The notes: generated by a model not told the origin, from the sequence alone. A stretch of DNA of 32,000 nucleotides from an uncultured Chloroflexia bacterium (GCA_963704755.1 OY969938.1:120001-152000); one strand, 5' to 3'; shown: positions 16,802 through 26,654, counted from the first letter of the stretch. A program made the numbers and translations.

Positions 16802-19552
16802 ATGAAATTAAAACTGGTAGAACAATTTAACCCTTCGATTAGCCGGATACTCGCCGAGTGGCGAACAAAAATGATCCAATGGGTGTTGGTCAGCATTGCC
16901 GTGCTGACCCTACCGAATTTAATTTCTATGATCCTGGCAAGCCGGAATCCCAACCCGATTCAGCAAGCTGCCCTGGAAATATTTTTCCTGATCTATCTGT
17001 TATTGGTTTGCATGATTTTTTTGCGACGGATGGATTACCGGTTAAAATCCTGGGTGTTATTCTTTTTTATATACATTTCGGGGGTCATTGCTTTTGCCCG
17101 GGGCGGCCTGATAGGGATTGGCCGGGATTACCTGTTGGTGCTGCCGTTGGTAGGGATTATCCTGATGGGCACCTGGACCGGAATTGTTCTGGCGCTGGTC
17201 AGTATTGTTACTGTTTTGGGTATGGGCTTCGTGGCAAATGCCGGTTTGTTGGCGCCTTACCTGATCTATACCGAAAACCCGGTCTCGCTGCCGTCGTGGA
17301 TGCTGGAAGGCACTTACCTCGTGGCGGTGATGGTTTTTGTTGTGCTGCTATCCATTTTGTTTTCACGCTTCCAATTATCCAACTTGATCCGCGAGAATCG
17401 CACCGGCAACGAATTAGCCAAAGCGCGCGATGATCTGGAGCGGATCAACCAGGACCTGGAAAAAATCGTCGATGAGCGTACTGTACAGCTTACGATCGCC
17501 CTGGAAGAGGCCGAGAAGGCCAAAGCTCAAGCAGAAGAGACCAGCCGGGCAAAATCGGTGTTCCTGGCCGGTATCAGCCATGAAATTCGCACACCCATGA
17601 ACGGGTTGGTCGGTGTGGTTGGGCTGCTGTCATCCACCAGCCTGGATTCGCGCCAAAGGGGTTACGTGGAAATCATGCGTTCCAGCAGTGAGACTTTACT
17701 GGCCATCATCAATGATTTCCTGGATCTTTCCAAAATCGAGGCCGATGGAATCCGCCTGGAAAAGGAGCCCTTTGACCTGATCAAGTGTGTGGATGGATTG
17801 GTCGAGGTTTGGGGCTTGCGCGCAAGCGAAAAAAACGTCGAAATGTCTTATAAGATTGGGTTGGACGTTCCCACCACCCTGGTGGGGGATAACATCCGCT
17901 TGAAGCAAATCCTGGCAAACCTGCTGAATAATGCCTGCAAGTTTACCGATTCCGGTGAGATCCAACTGGAAGTCAGGCTGGTAGATGCGGTAGAAGTGCA
18001 GCAATTTCAGGTGAGCCAGGAAAGCAAAGACAAAACCTGGCTGAAATTCTCGGTGCGAGACACCGGGATTGGGATCAACCCAGACAATATTTCAGAGATA
18101 TTCACGGCTTATAACCAGGGGGATACCAGTACGGCCCGGGTATACGGCGGTACCGGCCTGGGATTGGTCATTTCGCGCGAGATTAGCGAATTGATGGGTG
18201 GTTTTCTGTGGGTTGAAAGCCAGGGTATTGACGGCCAGGGCAGCGTTTTTTATTGCCTGCTGCCATTTCAGCCCTCGCCTTCGCCTATGTACAGCGAGTT
18301 TCTGGCAGAATTAGATAAACCCTTGCTCGGTAAACGGATTGCCTGGGTTTCCAGCATCGCGTTTCTGGATGACATTATCCAGGAATACCAGTCAGCTCTC
18401 GATGACCTGTTCCATATTTATCGCAGCGCCGAGGAGGCTCTGGATGAGCTGCACAATGGGGCAAGGTGGGATGCGATTCTGTTCGACCAGAGCAATGGCG
18501 GTATGCATTACATTCAATTTGCCGAACAGGCGATCAAATCTATTGGCCGGAAAGTCCCCATGCTTTTATTGATCCGGCCGCACACGACCCTGAACCTGGA
18601 GACCTACCGGTATTATGCCCAAACCATCGAAAAACCCATTCGCTGGTCCAGGTTGTTGAAATACCTGGCTGCCGGCCTGAACCAAACCGGCTACATCCAG
18701 GAAAAACATATCCAAAAGATCGCGTCCAAAATCGATCCGGGTTTTTCCAAGAAGCACCCGCTCGAAATTTTGATTGTCGAAGACAACCCGGTCAACCAAC
18801 AAGTGCTGCAAATCATGCTGGAGCAGTTAGGCTACAAACCGCAAATTGCTGCGAATGGAAACGAGGCTTTGGCTAAAACTTCTCAACAGCATTTTCAAAT
18901 CATTTTCATGGACAAGCAAATGCCGGAAATGGACGGGATCGAAACCGCCCAGCGCATCCTCGAGACTGGCACAGAACAAACCAGACCGGATATCATCCTG
19001 GTGACCGCGCACAACGAGCGAGAAACTGCCCAGGAGGCGGTGGAACACGGATTCGCTGATGTATTGTTCAAGCCCATTCGCATTCAAGATGTCAGCCAGG
19101 TATTGGCGAGGAGTTACTGGACCTTAATCAAGTCCAGAGAGGCATCTCCGGCAGCGGTCAAAAACGCCGTAATTGAAAAACCGCAGGCATTCTCAACCGA
19201 ATACAACGGACCGATCGATCAGAAAATGTTCGAGGAATTTTGGGACCCGGCCTGGACCAAGCCCGAAGATATCCGCCGGATTGTAAAGATATTTATCAGT
19301 GAATCGATCGTTCAGATGGACGACTTGCAAAACGAAATTGGCGTAGAGAATTACCAGAAGGTACGCCGGATCGTTCATTCTCTGAAAGGATCATCGGTTT
19401 CCGTTGGGGGTCGAAAATTCAGCGAGTTGTGCCAGTACCTGGAAAACCGTTCGAACGAGGAAATCCAGGAAGCCGGAATGGTGGTCTACAAAGAAATTCA
19501 ATTAGAATACAATATGTTGATTGCAGCATTAAAGAAAATGATCGAACAATAA
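16802..19552 (+). CDS. hybrid sensor histidine kinase: N-terminal multi-TM sensor, coiled coil, HisKA, HATPase_c, a degenerate middle domain, REC and HPt
   Basis: 916 aa with 6-7 N-terminal TM segments. H-box is SHEIRTPMNG. N, G1 and G2 boxes are NLLNNACKFT, DTGIGI and GGTGLGL. The receiver is ILIVEDNPVNQ...MDKQMPEMDG...KP. The C-terminal HPt is HSLKGSSVSVG. AAGGAAAG lies immediately upstream of the ATG. Confidence 0.9.
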   Translation: MKLKLVEQFNPSISRILAEWRTKMIQWVLVSIAVLTLPNLISMILASRNPNPIQQAALEIFFLIYLLLVCMIFLRRMDYRLKSWVLFFFIYISGVIAFARGGLIGIGRDYLLVLPLVGIILMGTWTGIVLALVSIVTVLGMGFVANAGLLAPYLIYTENPVSLPSWMLEGTYLVAVMVFVVLLSILFSRFQLSNLIRENRTGNELAKARDDLERINQDLEKIVDERTVQLTIALEEAEKAKAQAEETSRAKSVFLAGISHEIRTPMNGLVGVVGLLSSTSLDSRQRGYVEIMRSSSETLLAIINDFLDLSKIEADGIRLEKEPFDLIKCVDGLVEVWGLRASEKNVEMSYKIGLDVPTTLVGDNIRLKQILANLLNNACKFTDSGEIQLEVRLVDAVEVQQFQVSQESKDKTWLKFSVRDTGIGINPDNISEIFTAYNQGDTSTARVYGGTGLGLVISREISELMGGFLWVESQGIDGQGSVFYCLLPFQPSPSPMYSEFLAELDKPLLGKRIAWVSSIAFLDDIIQEYQSALDDLFHIYRSAEEALDELHNGARWDAILFDQSNGGMHYIQFAEQAIKSIGRKVPMLLLIRPHTTLNLETYRYYAQTIEKPIRWSRLLKYLAAGLNQTGYIQEKHIQKIASKIDPGFSKKHPLEILIVEDNPVNQQVLQIMLEQLGYKPQIAANGNEALAKTSQQHFQIIFMDKQMPEMDGIETAQRILETGTEQTRPDIILVTAHNERETAQEAVEHGFADVLFKPIRIQDVSQVLARSYWTLIKSREASPAAVKNAVIEKPQAFSTEYNGPIDQKMFEEFWDPAWTKPEDIRRIVKIFISESIVQMDDLQNEIGVENYQKVRRIVHSLKGSSVSVGGRKFSELCQYLENRSNEEIQEAGMVVYKEIQLEYNMLIAALKKMIEQ

Positions 19553-19577
19553 TCCCAGACAGGGTGGCGTTACAACT

Positions 19578-20372
19578 ATGTTTGTATTCCTTTCCAAATT
19601 TCTACCAAACTTCGTTTATCCGCTGGGCCTGGTTTTTTTATTCCTGGTCGTTGGGATCATCGCCTGGCGGAAGCGAAAACTGGCCCAGATTCTGGTGATC
19701 GCTGCGGTTGTGCTTTTATTCCTGGGAAGTAATCGCTGGATTGCCTACAGCCTGACCCGAGCTATCGAGCAGGAATATTTACCCCCAGCCGGAGTTCCCC
19801 AGGCAGACGTGATCGTCGTGCTGGGAGGGGGCACCGAGGCAGATTCGTATCCCCGTACCATGGTGGAAATCAATGGCGCCGGTGACAGAGTGTTGGCCGG
19901 AGCCAGACTGTACCGTGACCAGGCCGCCCCTTATGTGCTATTGAGCGGCGGCGATATTACCTGGCTGTCCACCCGGCCCAGTACACCGGCCACCGAGATG
20001 CGTGACCTGATGGAGTTTTTCGGCGTGCCGGAGAGTGCATTGATCCTGCAGGATCGCTCGCAGAATACTCACGAAGATGCGGTCTATTCGGCCGAGCTCA
20101 TCCGCCAGCACGGATTTAAGACGGTCATCCTGGTGACATCGGCTTTACACATGCCCCGCTCGGTGGCGCTGTTCAAAGCCCAGGGGATCGATGTGATCCC
20201 TTACCCGGTCGATTATGCCGTCCCGGATTACACCTGGCATGACCTCTGGCATGAAGACCTGGCTTCGCAGATCATCAATGTTTTACCGAATGCCGGCAGC
20301 CTGTCGATGACGACTACCAGCCTGAAAGAGTTGATCGGTATGCTGGCTTACCACCTGGAAGGCTGGTTATAG
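19578..20372 (+). CDS. YdcF/ElyC family (DUF218) protein
   Basis: 264 aa with 2 N-terminal TM segments. ADVIVVLGGG, LLSGG and the VTSALHMPRS pattern are typical of DUF218. It starts 25 nt after the kinase stop. Confidence 0.75.
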   Translation: MFVFLSKFLPNFVYPLGLVFLFLVVGIIAWRKRKLAQILVIAAVVLLFLGSNRWIAYSLTRAIEQEYLPPAGVPQADVIVVLGGGTEADSYPRTMVEINGAGDRVLAGARLYRDQAAPYVLLSGGDITWLSTRPSTPATEMRDLMEFFGVPESALILQDRSQNTHEDAVYSAELIRQHGFKTVILVTSALHMPRSVALFKAQGIDVIPYPVDYAVPDYTWHDLWHEDLASQIINVLPNAGSLSMTTTSLKELIGMLAYHLEGWL

Positions 20373-21371
20373 CCTTTTTCGCCGGGTTAACGCTTCGCGC
20401 TGGCCGGGTTCCAGGAAGGCGGACTGAAAGCCATTGATTTGGGCCTGGCGGATTTCGTCATCGCTCAACCCGGCGGCCGGCGCAGCCACTTCGTATTCGT
20501 ATGGCAGATCGATACCGCTGATGCCGGGGTCGTCGGTGTTGATGCTCGCCTTCAGGCCTTTTTCCAGGAATTCTTTGAGCGGGTGGGATAGATAATCCGG
20601 GACGGTCGAGGTCTGCACGTTGCTGGTCAGGTTGGTTTCCAGTGGGACCTGGCGTTCTGCCAGGGTTTCGATCAAGCGCGGATCTTCAGGCGCGTGCACG
20701 GCATGGCCGATCCGTTCGGCCCCCAGCTCGTTCAACGCCTGCCAGATACTCTCTGGCCCGCGGGCTTCGCCGGCGTGGATGGTCACGTGCAGCCCGGCGT
20801 CACGGACGGCCTTGAAATGAGGCACGAACAACTGGCCGGGGAAGTTGGCTTCGTCGCCGGCCAGATCGACCGCGGCAAAAAAGGACTTTCTGGATAAAAT
20901 CGTCTCCAGCTCATTCCAGGCGGTCTCCGGTCCATAGGTCCGGCTGAGAATACCGATCAATTGGACCAGCGGCCCGAATTCTTCCTGCCCGGCTTTGACT
21001 CCATCCGCGATCGCGTCGATGACCCCCAACGGGTCCAGATGGTGAGCCTCGGCCATAAACCAGGGGCTGAAGCGAAGTTCAGCGTAATCGATCCCTTCCT
21101 GTCGCAGGTCGGCCACGTTTTCGTAGGCGATGCGCCGGCAGGCGTCGTAATCCACCAGGACGCCGGTCATCCATTCGAACTTTTGAATGAAGGCCATCAC
21201 ACCGGGCTGCGGAGTAGTCACCTGGACGTATGGCCGCAGCGTTTCCAGATCGGCGGCAGGCAGCGGCAGGTGGTACTTTTGGCCCAGGTCGAGAATGGTC
21301 GCCAGGCGGACACTGCCATCCAGGTGGCGGTGCAGATCTACTAACGGCAGGGAGGGATCGATTTTAGGCAT
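20367..21371 (-). CDS. add: adenosine deaminase
   Basis: 334 aa. LPLVDLHRHLDGSVR, TIHAGEA and SINTDDPG are the canonical metal and catalytic motifs. Its 3' end overlaps the convergent DUF218 gene by 6 nt. Confidence 0.92.
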   Translation of the reverse strand: MPKIDPSLPLVDLHRHLDGSVRLATILDLGQKYHLPLPAADLETLRPYVQVTTPQPGVMAFIQKFEWMTGVLVDYDACRRIAYENVADLRQEGIDYAELRFSPWFMAEAHHLDPLGVIDAIADGVKAGQEEFGPLVQLIGILSRTYGPETAWNELETILSRKSFFAAVDLAGDEANFPGQLFVPHFKAVRDAGLHVTIHAGEARGPESIWQALNELGAERIGHAVHAPEDPRLIETLAERQVPLETNLTSNVQTSTVPDYLSHPLKEFLEKGLKASINTDDPGISGIDLPYEYEVAAPAAGLSDDEIRQAQINGFQSAFLEPGQREALTRRKRL

Positions 21372-21374
21372 GGA

Positions 21375-23376
21375 TTATGCGATGTGTTTATTGAACCAGC
21401 CGGCAATCTCGTTCAGGCGGATGATGCGCCGGTCGGTGCGTCCGCCGCGGGATACGCCGTGGAACTCTTCGGGGAAGCGCACGAATTCGCTTTCCACACC
21501 CAGGCGCTTGAGCGCCACGAAGACCTGCTCTCCCTGCTCGATCGGGCAGCGCAGGTCCATTTCGCTGTGGATGACCAGGGTCGGGGTCTTGGCGTTGCCG
21601 ATGTAGGCGATAGGTGAGCGGTCCCAATAATATTGCAGGCTCTCGAATGGAGCGTGTCCGTCCAGCTCGTCCTGGAAAGCCCAGTTGAAGTCACTGGAGC
21701 CCCACATGGAAACAAAATTGCTGACCACGCGCTGGGCCACGGCGGCCTGGTAACGCTGGGTGTGACCGATGATCCAGACGGTCATATACCCGCCGTAGCT
21801 GCCGCCGGTTACACCCATACGGTCCTTGTCGATATAAGGCAATTTTTCCACGTAATCGGACCAGGCCATCAGGTCGGCGTAGTCACGGTCACCCCAATTC
21901 CGGTAGATCGCGCCGGCGTGTTTTTCTCCGTAACCCCGGCCACCGCGTGGGTTGCAGAAATAAACCACGTAGCCCTGGGCAGCCAGGAAGTAAAACTCGT
22001 GCATGAAGAAGTTGCCGTACTGGGTCAGCGGGCCACCGTGGATCTCCAGAATGGAGGGGTATTTCCTGGTAGGATCGAAACTGGGCGGTTTCAGGATCCA
22101 GCCCTGCAAATCGTTGCCGTCCGGGCCTTTGAACCAGACCTCTTCCACCTGCCCAAGATCGACATCGTTTAAAATATCGCTGTTGAAATTGGTCAGGGTT
22201 TTGGCCTGGCGTGTTTTCAAGTCGAGCACGCCGATCTGGCAGGGATCGCTCATGGTGCCGATCTGGTAGGCAATCCGGCCGGTCGCGCGGTTGGCGGACT
22301 GGGAGTGCATGGTTACGCCTTCCCCGGCGATCAGCTCAGGAGCCGGGTTTTCGATGCTGGTGCGCATGATCAACTGTGAGCCGTTGCGTGAAACAGGGAA
22401 ATAAACCAGTTTGCTGTCGCTGGACCAGATCGGCGGGTTGTCCATCGCGCCGCCGATGTCATTGATCGAGGAGGAACTCGACGCATAAATCGGCTGCGCC
22501 GGTGAGGTTCCTGGCGGGGGTACTGCCATCCACAGGGGTTATCCAAAGATTGACGTTACGGAAGCCTTCTCCGGCGCCTTCCTGCCCGTAAAAAGCAATC
22601 CATTTGCCATCCGGGGAAAAGGACGTGGCGGATTTGTTACCCACTGTCGTCTGGAGCTTACGGGCTTCGCCGCCGCCGATGGGCATCACAAAAAGGTCGT
22701 CTTGATAAATATTCGCATCCGGCTCGGGGGAGATGTTAGAAATGAAGGCGATCCACTTGCTATCGGGCGAAACGCTCAGAGAACCCTGGTCGTGGACAGG
22801 GTGATCGGTGATTTGCTCGGCTTTTCCGTTGGAAAGCTCTACCGTCCAGACATGAGAGCGCTCGATCGGCAGGTAACCGTAGCCATCCAATTTGTAGAAC
22901 ATTCGGTTATAGTGGCGAACGGGGGTACTGAGTTTGGAGCGATCCGAATCTTTCTGGCGCTCGAGCACGTCCGGGTCGGTTTTGCGAACCTGCAAAACCA
23001 GCTTTTTGCCATCCGGCGTCCAGCGAATTTCGTTGATTTCACCTTCAATCTGGCAGAGCGACCGGGCTTCTCCCCCGCTAAAGGGCAGGATAAAAATTTG
23101 GGCGGGTTTTTCTTTGTCCTGGCGGTTGGAGAGGAAGGCAATCTCGCTCCCATCCGGCGACCAGATGGGGTGGGCATCGACCTGGTCGCCGAAAGTGAAC
23201 TGGCGCGCTTCACCGCCGTCGGTCGGGACGATCCAGAGGTTGCTATATTTCTTTTCGGTTTTGCGATCGACCCGTTGGACGCTAAAAACCACGAACTTTC
23301 CGTCCGGCGATATTTGCGGGGAAGAGAGAATTTGCAGCCGGTAGAGATCTTCTGCAGTGATGGTATTTTGTGGCAT
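21375..23376 (-). pseudogene. S9 family serine peptidase (prolyl oligopeptidase / acylaminoacyl-peptidase type) with the reading frame broken once between the propeller and the catalytic domain
   Basis: The N-terminal beta-propeller ORF is 22459..23376 (SPDGK..., WSPDGSEIAF, FSPDGKWIAF repeats). The C-terminal alpha/beta-hydrolase ORF is 21375..22529 (GGSYGGYM nucleophile elbow, ...DLRCP..., EEFHGV). The two ORFs overlap in different frames at 22459-22529. AAGGAG lies 6 nt before the ATG at 23376. Confidence 0.85.
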
Positions 23377-23506
23377 ATTTTCTCCTTGGAAATGATATTT
23401 AAGAAATCCCCACTCCTGGGGGTTTTAGCAAGAAAAATAGATTGTATTAGATGGCTTGAATAGGTGCGGTGCCAGCCAGCATAGAGCGATACGGTTTATT
23501 TTAATT

Positions 23507-24526
23507 CTACCAGTTTTCGCTTGATTCCTGCCCTGCTTGTTGTATTAACAGGTTCGATAAAAGGCGGGTGACCTGCTGGTAATCTTCTTCGGTGAGCAAT
23601 ACAGTCAATTTATCGCGGTCGATCGGGTAGGGGCTGAGCAGGCGTTTGGCATATTTGCGAAATAACTGTACCCCGTACTGCGGGCCATAATAGGCCACCA
23701 TTTCTTCCAGGTGCTGGAGCATCGTTTCCAAAACCGTATGGACGGGCACCTGCTCGCGGTCCAGGCGGGAAAACAGCCAGGGATTGAAGATGGCCCCCCG
23801 CCCGATCATCACGCCATCGCAATGGGTCAAAGCGCTGATGCGGTCGATGTCGGCGACCGTGCGTACGTCGCCGTTTGCGATCACCGGGATGGACGCGGCC
23901 TGTTTGATGCGGGCAATGGCTTCCCAATCCGCGCTGCCGGCATAGGCCTGCATTTTGGTCCGCCCGTGCACCGCCAGCAGTTTGGCTCCGCTTTCTTCGA
24001 TGATGTGGGCCACTTCCAGATAATTACGGGATTGGTCGTCCCAACCCAGGCGGATTTTTGCAGTGACGGGAACCGGCAGGGCATTGGCAAGCCCGGAAAT
24101 GATCTGGCCTATTTTCTGAGGGGTTTGCAACAAGGCAGCACCGGCACCGCGATTGGTCACGGTTTTCGCCGAACAGCCCAGGTTGACGTCGATTATATCC
24201 GGCTGGTAATCTTGTAAGAGTAGGGCCGCCTTGACCATCCGTTCGGGGTCATCGTCGAAAATTTGGTAAACCACAGGCCTTTCAAACGGATAATAGCTCA
24301 GGCGTTGCTGCAGGTATGGATGTCCATTGATCACATCCAGGCAGTTGATAAACTCGGTATAGCTCATCGCGGATCCCAAACGGCGGGCCAGGGAGCGGAA
24401 GGGCAAATCCGAAAGGCCATCCATTGGCGCCAGGATCAAATTGCCGAATACCGGGATATCACCCACAGAAAAGCATTTCTGCGTTTCCTGATTTTCAAAA
24501 ATTAGAGTGTCTGGATTAATCATCAT
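23507..24526 (-). CDS. dus: tRNA-dihydrouridine synthase
   Basis: 339 aa. LAPMDGLSDLPFRSLAR, DVNLGC, AVHGRT and ANGD are Dus family motifs. TATAAT (24541..24536) lies 9 nt upstream of the ATG. Confidence 0.9.
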   Translation of the reverse strand: MMINPDTLIFENQETQKCFSVGDIPVFGNLILAPMDGLSDLPFRSLARRLGSAMSYTEFINCLDVINGHPYLQQRLSYYPFERPVVYQIFDDDPERMVKAALLLQDYQPDIIDVNLGCSAKTVTNRGAGAALLQTPQKIGQIISGLANALPVPVTAKIRLGWDDQSRNYLEVAHIIEESGAKLLAVHGRTKMQAYAGSADWEAIARIKQAASIPVIANGDVRTVADIDRISALTHCDGVMIGRGAIFNPWLFSRLDREQVPVHTVLETMLQHLEEMVAYYGPQYGVQLFRKYAKRLLSPYPIDRDKLTVLLTEEDYQQVTRLLSNLLIQQAGQESSENW

Positions 24527-24650
24527 TTGTCGGCTATTATATAAGAAATCAGAGAAAATTTGTAATCGCTCAACCAGAGGAGGGCCGATCCTCCTGGGGG
24601 GCTGAGTGATTACCCATAGTTTAGCGAAGCTGGTTCGGTTGGGAGGGAGC

Positions 24651-25079
24651 TTGGCTTATTCCATTACTGAAAACTGTACCTCTTGCGGGGCCTGTATTCC
24701 GTGGTGTCCCACCAGGGCGATCCGGGGGAGACGAAAAAGCATGGTGTGGATCGACGTAGCGAAATGCGTTTCGTGCGGCGCTTGTGGAAAAGTGTGCGGG
24801 CACCAGTCTATCCAGGACGATAATGGTCATGACACGCAACGCATGCGGTTTTTGGCCTGGCCAAAACCGGAATGGTATTATGAAGATTGCACCCTATGCA
24901 TGGCTTGTGAAGCTGCCTGCCCGGCTAACTGTATTGGTGTCGCCAAAGATGGCCAGGATGGACTGGAGGTTGGTTTTCCATACCTGTCCAGGCCGCGGAT
25001 GTGCCTGGCGTGTGGGTTCTGTATCGAAGCCTGTGCGACCGAGGCGATGGCGTTCAGGTATCCCGTGCTGCAGGATTAA
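24651..25079 (+). CDS. ferredoxin with four CxxCxxCxxxCP-type motifs (two 2x[4Fe-4S] modules)
   Basis: CTSCGACIPWCP, CVSCGACGKVC, CTLCMACEAACP and CLACGFCIEACA. I prefer the TTG at 24651, which gives (M)AYSITENC, a classic ferredoxin N-terminus, and has GGAGG 4 nt upstream. The track's GTG at 24606 is the alternative. Confidence 0.8.
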   Translation: MAYSITENCTSCGACIPWCPTRAIRGRRKSMVWIDVAKCVSCGACGKVCGHQSIQDDNGHDTQRMRFLAWPKPEWYYEDCTLCMACEAACPANCIGVAKDGQDGLEVGFPYLSRPRMCLACGFCIEACATEAMAFRYPVLQD

Positions 25080-25142
25080 ATATCGATTTAAAAATATATT
25101 TTTGAGTTTTTATTGTAACTGTTCGGCCTGGCGGGGAAGAAA

Positions 25143-25197
25143 CCCGAATTTGAGGTGCGTGCGGGGGCGGAGCCCCCGCACGCACCTCAAATTCGGG
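25143..25197. repeat. perfect palindrome, 26 bp stem with a GGA loop (GC-GGA-GC apex) and CCCGAATTTGA termini
   Basis: CCCGAATTTGAGGTGCGTGCGGGGGC-GGA-GCCCCCGCACGCACCTCAAATTCGGG. It lies between convergent genes. Confidence 0.9.
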
Positions 25198-25225
25198 AAC
25201 TTCTTAACCGGAGCATGAGCAGTTA

Positions 25226-25264
25226 CGTTTATTTTTAGGTTGCAAAGCCACCTAAAAATAAACG
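25226..25264. repeat. perfect AT-rich palindrome, 15 bp stem with a 9 nt loop
   Basis: CGTTTATTTTTAGGT-TGCAAAGCC-ACCTAAAAATAAACG. Confidence 0.8.
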
Positions 25265-25304
25265 CTCAAAGCATTTTTGGATAGGCTGTAATAAGCCGGC
25301 CAGA

Positions 25305-26129
25305 TTAAGGCGTGCCGGTTGGTGTAGCTGTCGGCACCAGGGTCGCATGGTTCGCGTAGCCAAGTTCGGCCATCCATTTGCACAGCACCGGGCCGCCGTA
25401 ACGATCCGGCTTAGGCCCGCCAAACTGCGGGATTAGACCGTCGTATCCGTGGAAGTAACCGAACTCACCGCTGACCTGTTCCAGGGCGGCCGGGGATAAT
25501 TCCTTGTCGCCGATGGCAATGGCGTGGATATGGATGGGCGAGCCGGGGTAAAGCTCATCGAAGTCGCGCAGCCAGGCGGCGAAGCCGGCCACGCGCAGTG
25601 CGTGAAGGATGCTGGGAATATCGTCGTAGAGCACGTTCCAGGTGCCCGGCTGCAGCACCGAAAGGTCTACCGCGCCGCCGCCATCGTGGGTACCGAAGCT
25701 GGCCACGTTGGTGCTGTTGTACGAGCCCTGGGTGATAGCGGCGCCAGCCAGGTCGATCTGCCCGCCGTAAATGGCATTGGCCTGCTGCAGCATAGCCAGG
25801 GTCCGGGCATTGAGCGCCACGCCGTTAACCTTGACGATGGTGTAATCATCCGGGGGCTGTAAACAGCCGGCCGGTTCGGGAAAAGGCGTCTCGGTGGGGG
25901 TCAGAGTGGGGGTGAAGGTAGCCGTCACAGTGGGCGTGTTGGTGGGCGTGGGCGTGCTGGTGGGGGTGAAGGTCGAAGTAGGTGTTGGGGTTGGGCTGGC
26001 CGGAAAAAGGAACGAACCGCCGGTCGATGAGCAGGCAACGAGGACGAATGTAAGCCCGATTAATAAAATGCTGGTGACGAGGAATGCTTTGCTGGAAACA
26101 GACTGGCGCGAAGGAAATTTTGCCCTCAT
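25305..26129 (-). CDS. lipoprotein with a Thr/Pro-rich linker and an M15/LAS-type (Hedgehog/DD-peptidase fold) zinc peptidase-like domain
   Basis: Signal peptide with lipobox LVAC. The linker is SPTPTPTSTFTPTSTPTPTNTPTVTATFTPTLTPTETP. FGTHDGGGAVDLSV (H-x6-D) plus HIHAIAIG (HxH) resemble the zinc ligand pattern of VanY/M15 peptidases. The domain call is from motif memory only. Confidence 0.6.
   Translation of the reverse strand: MRAKFPSRQSVSSKAFLVTSILLIGLTFVLVACSSTGGSFLFPASPTPTPTSTFTPTSTPTPTNTPTVTATFTPTLTPTETPFPEPAGCLQPPDDYTIVKVNGVALNARTLAMLQQANAIYGGQIDLAGAAITQGSYNSTNVASFGTHDGGGAVDLSVLQPGTWNVLYDDIPSILHALRVAGFAAWLRDFDELYPGSPIHIHAIAIGDKELSPAALEQVSGEFGYFHGYDGLIPQFGGPKPDRYGGPVLCKWMAELGYANHATLVPTATPTGTP
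25872..26000 (-). repeat. low-complexity (ACN-CCN)n tract that encodes the Thr/Pro linker
   Basis: Seen on the + strand as GGTGGGGGT/GGTGGGCGT-type iterations. It lies within the lipoprotein CDS. Confidence 0.8.
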
Positions 26130-26173
26130 GAGGAATCCTGTTTGTGCAAGAAAGAGAAGAAGTGACTACCTTG

Positions 26174-26179
26174 ATTATA
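26174..26179 (-). promoter_or_regulatory. candidate -10 box (TATAAT) for the lipoprotein gene
   Basis: The minus strand reads CACTATAATCAAGG about 45 nt upstream of the ATG at 26129. The -35 is poor (TTACCG at 18 nt). AGGA lies 6 nt before the ATG. Confidence 0.35.
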
Positions 26180-26435
26180 GTGTGGCAACCCCGAAGCCGG
26201 TAACAAGATTGCCATGCCCGGCATAATCGGTTCAAAACCTGGCTTGAAGGAGCTTTGGTTCCAGGTTTTCGTTTCGTTGAGATCGCGAACCCTGGCTGGT
26301 TTTGGCAGGGTGTGGCGCCTTCGGCAATGCTGGCCATTGATCTATTCGGCAATTGTGAGATTTCTTTGCACAAACCGCAATGACAACCAAACGCAAGGCT
26401 TTAATCGCAGCAAAATAATTATTTGCGGTGAAGAG

Positions 26436-26470
26436 CGGCCTCGGTCTGGAGACCGGGCCGATCGCTTTTA
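26436..26470 (+). terminator. candidate + strand intrinsic terminator with no obvious upstream gene
   Basis: CGGCC(T)CGGTC-TGGA-GACCGGGCCG is a 10 bp stem with one bulge, followed by ATCGCTTTTATT. Confidence 0.35.
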
Positions 26471-26654
26471 TTAGAACCTATTTCCAGCCATCATCCTTTT
26501 TGCATTAGGTGGAGAGTCAGAATAATGGCCTAAAGTGGATCGGACCGGTCTCACCGCCGTACCGTCGGCCGAGGCCGCTCTTATTGTTCGGTCAGATCAT
26601 GCACCATTGAGGTGCAGACCCTGCCACCGCCCGCCAGGGCGGGTGGAACGGGGA

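Noticed and set aside
23410-23435. The short hairpin CCCCA-CTCC-TGGGG downstream of dus as a terminator.
   Set aside because: The stem is only 5 bp and there is no convincing U-tract on the minus strand. It is too weak to call.
26411-26427. The AT-rich near-palindrome GCAAAATAATTATTTGC as an ArgR/AhrC ARG box.
   Set aside because: It matches the TGAATAATTATTCA-type consensus at only about 10 of 14 positions. It is a single copy, where ARG boxes are usually paired. It also lies about 900 nt or more from any arg gene start, with a separate transcription unit in between.
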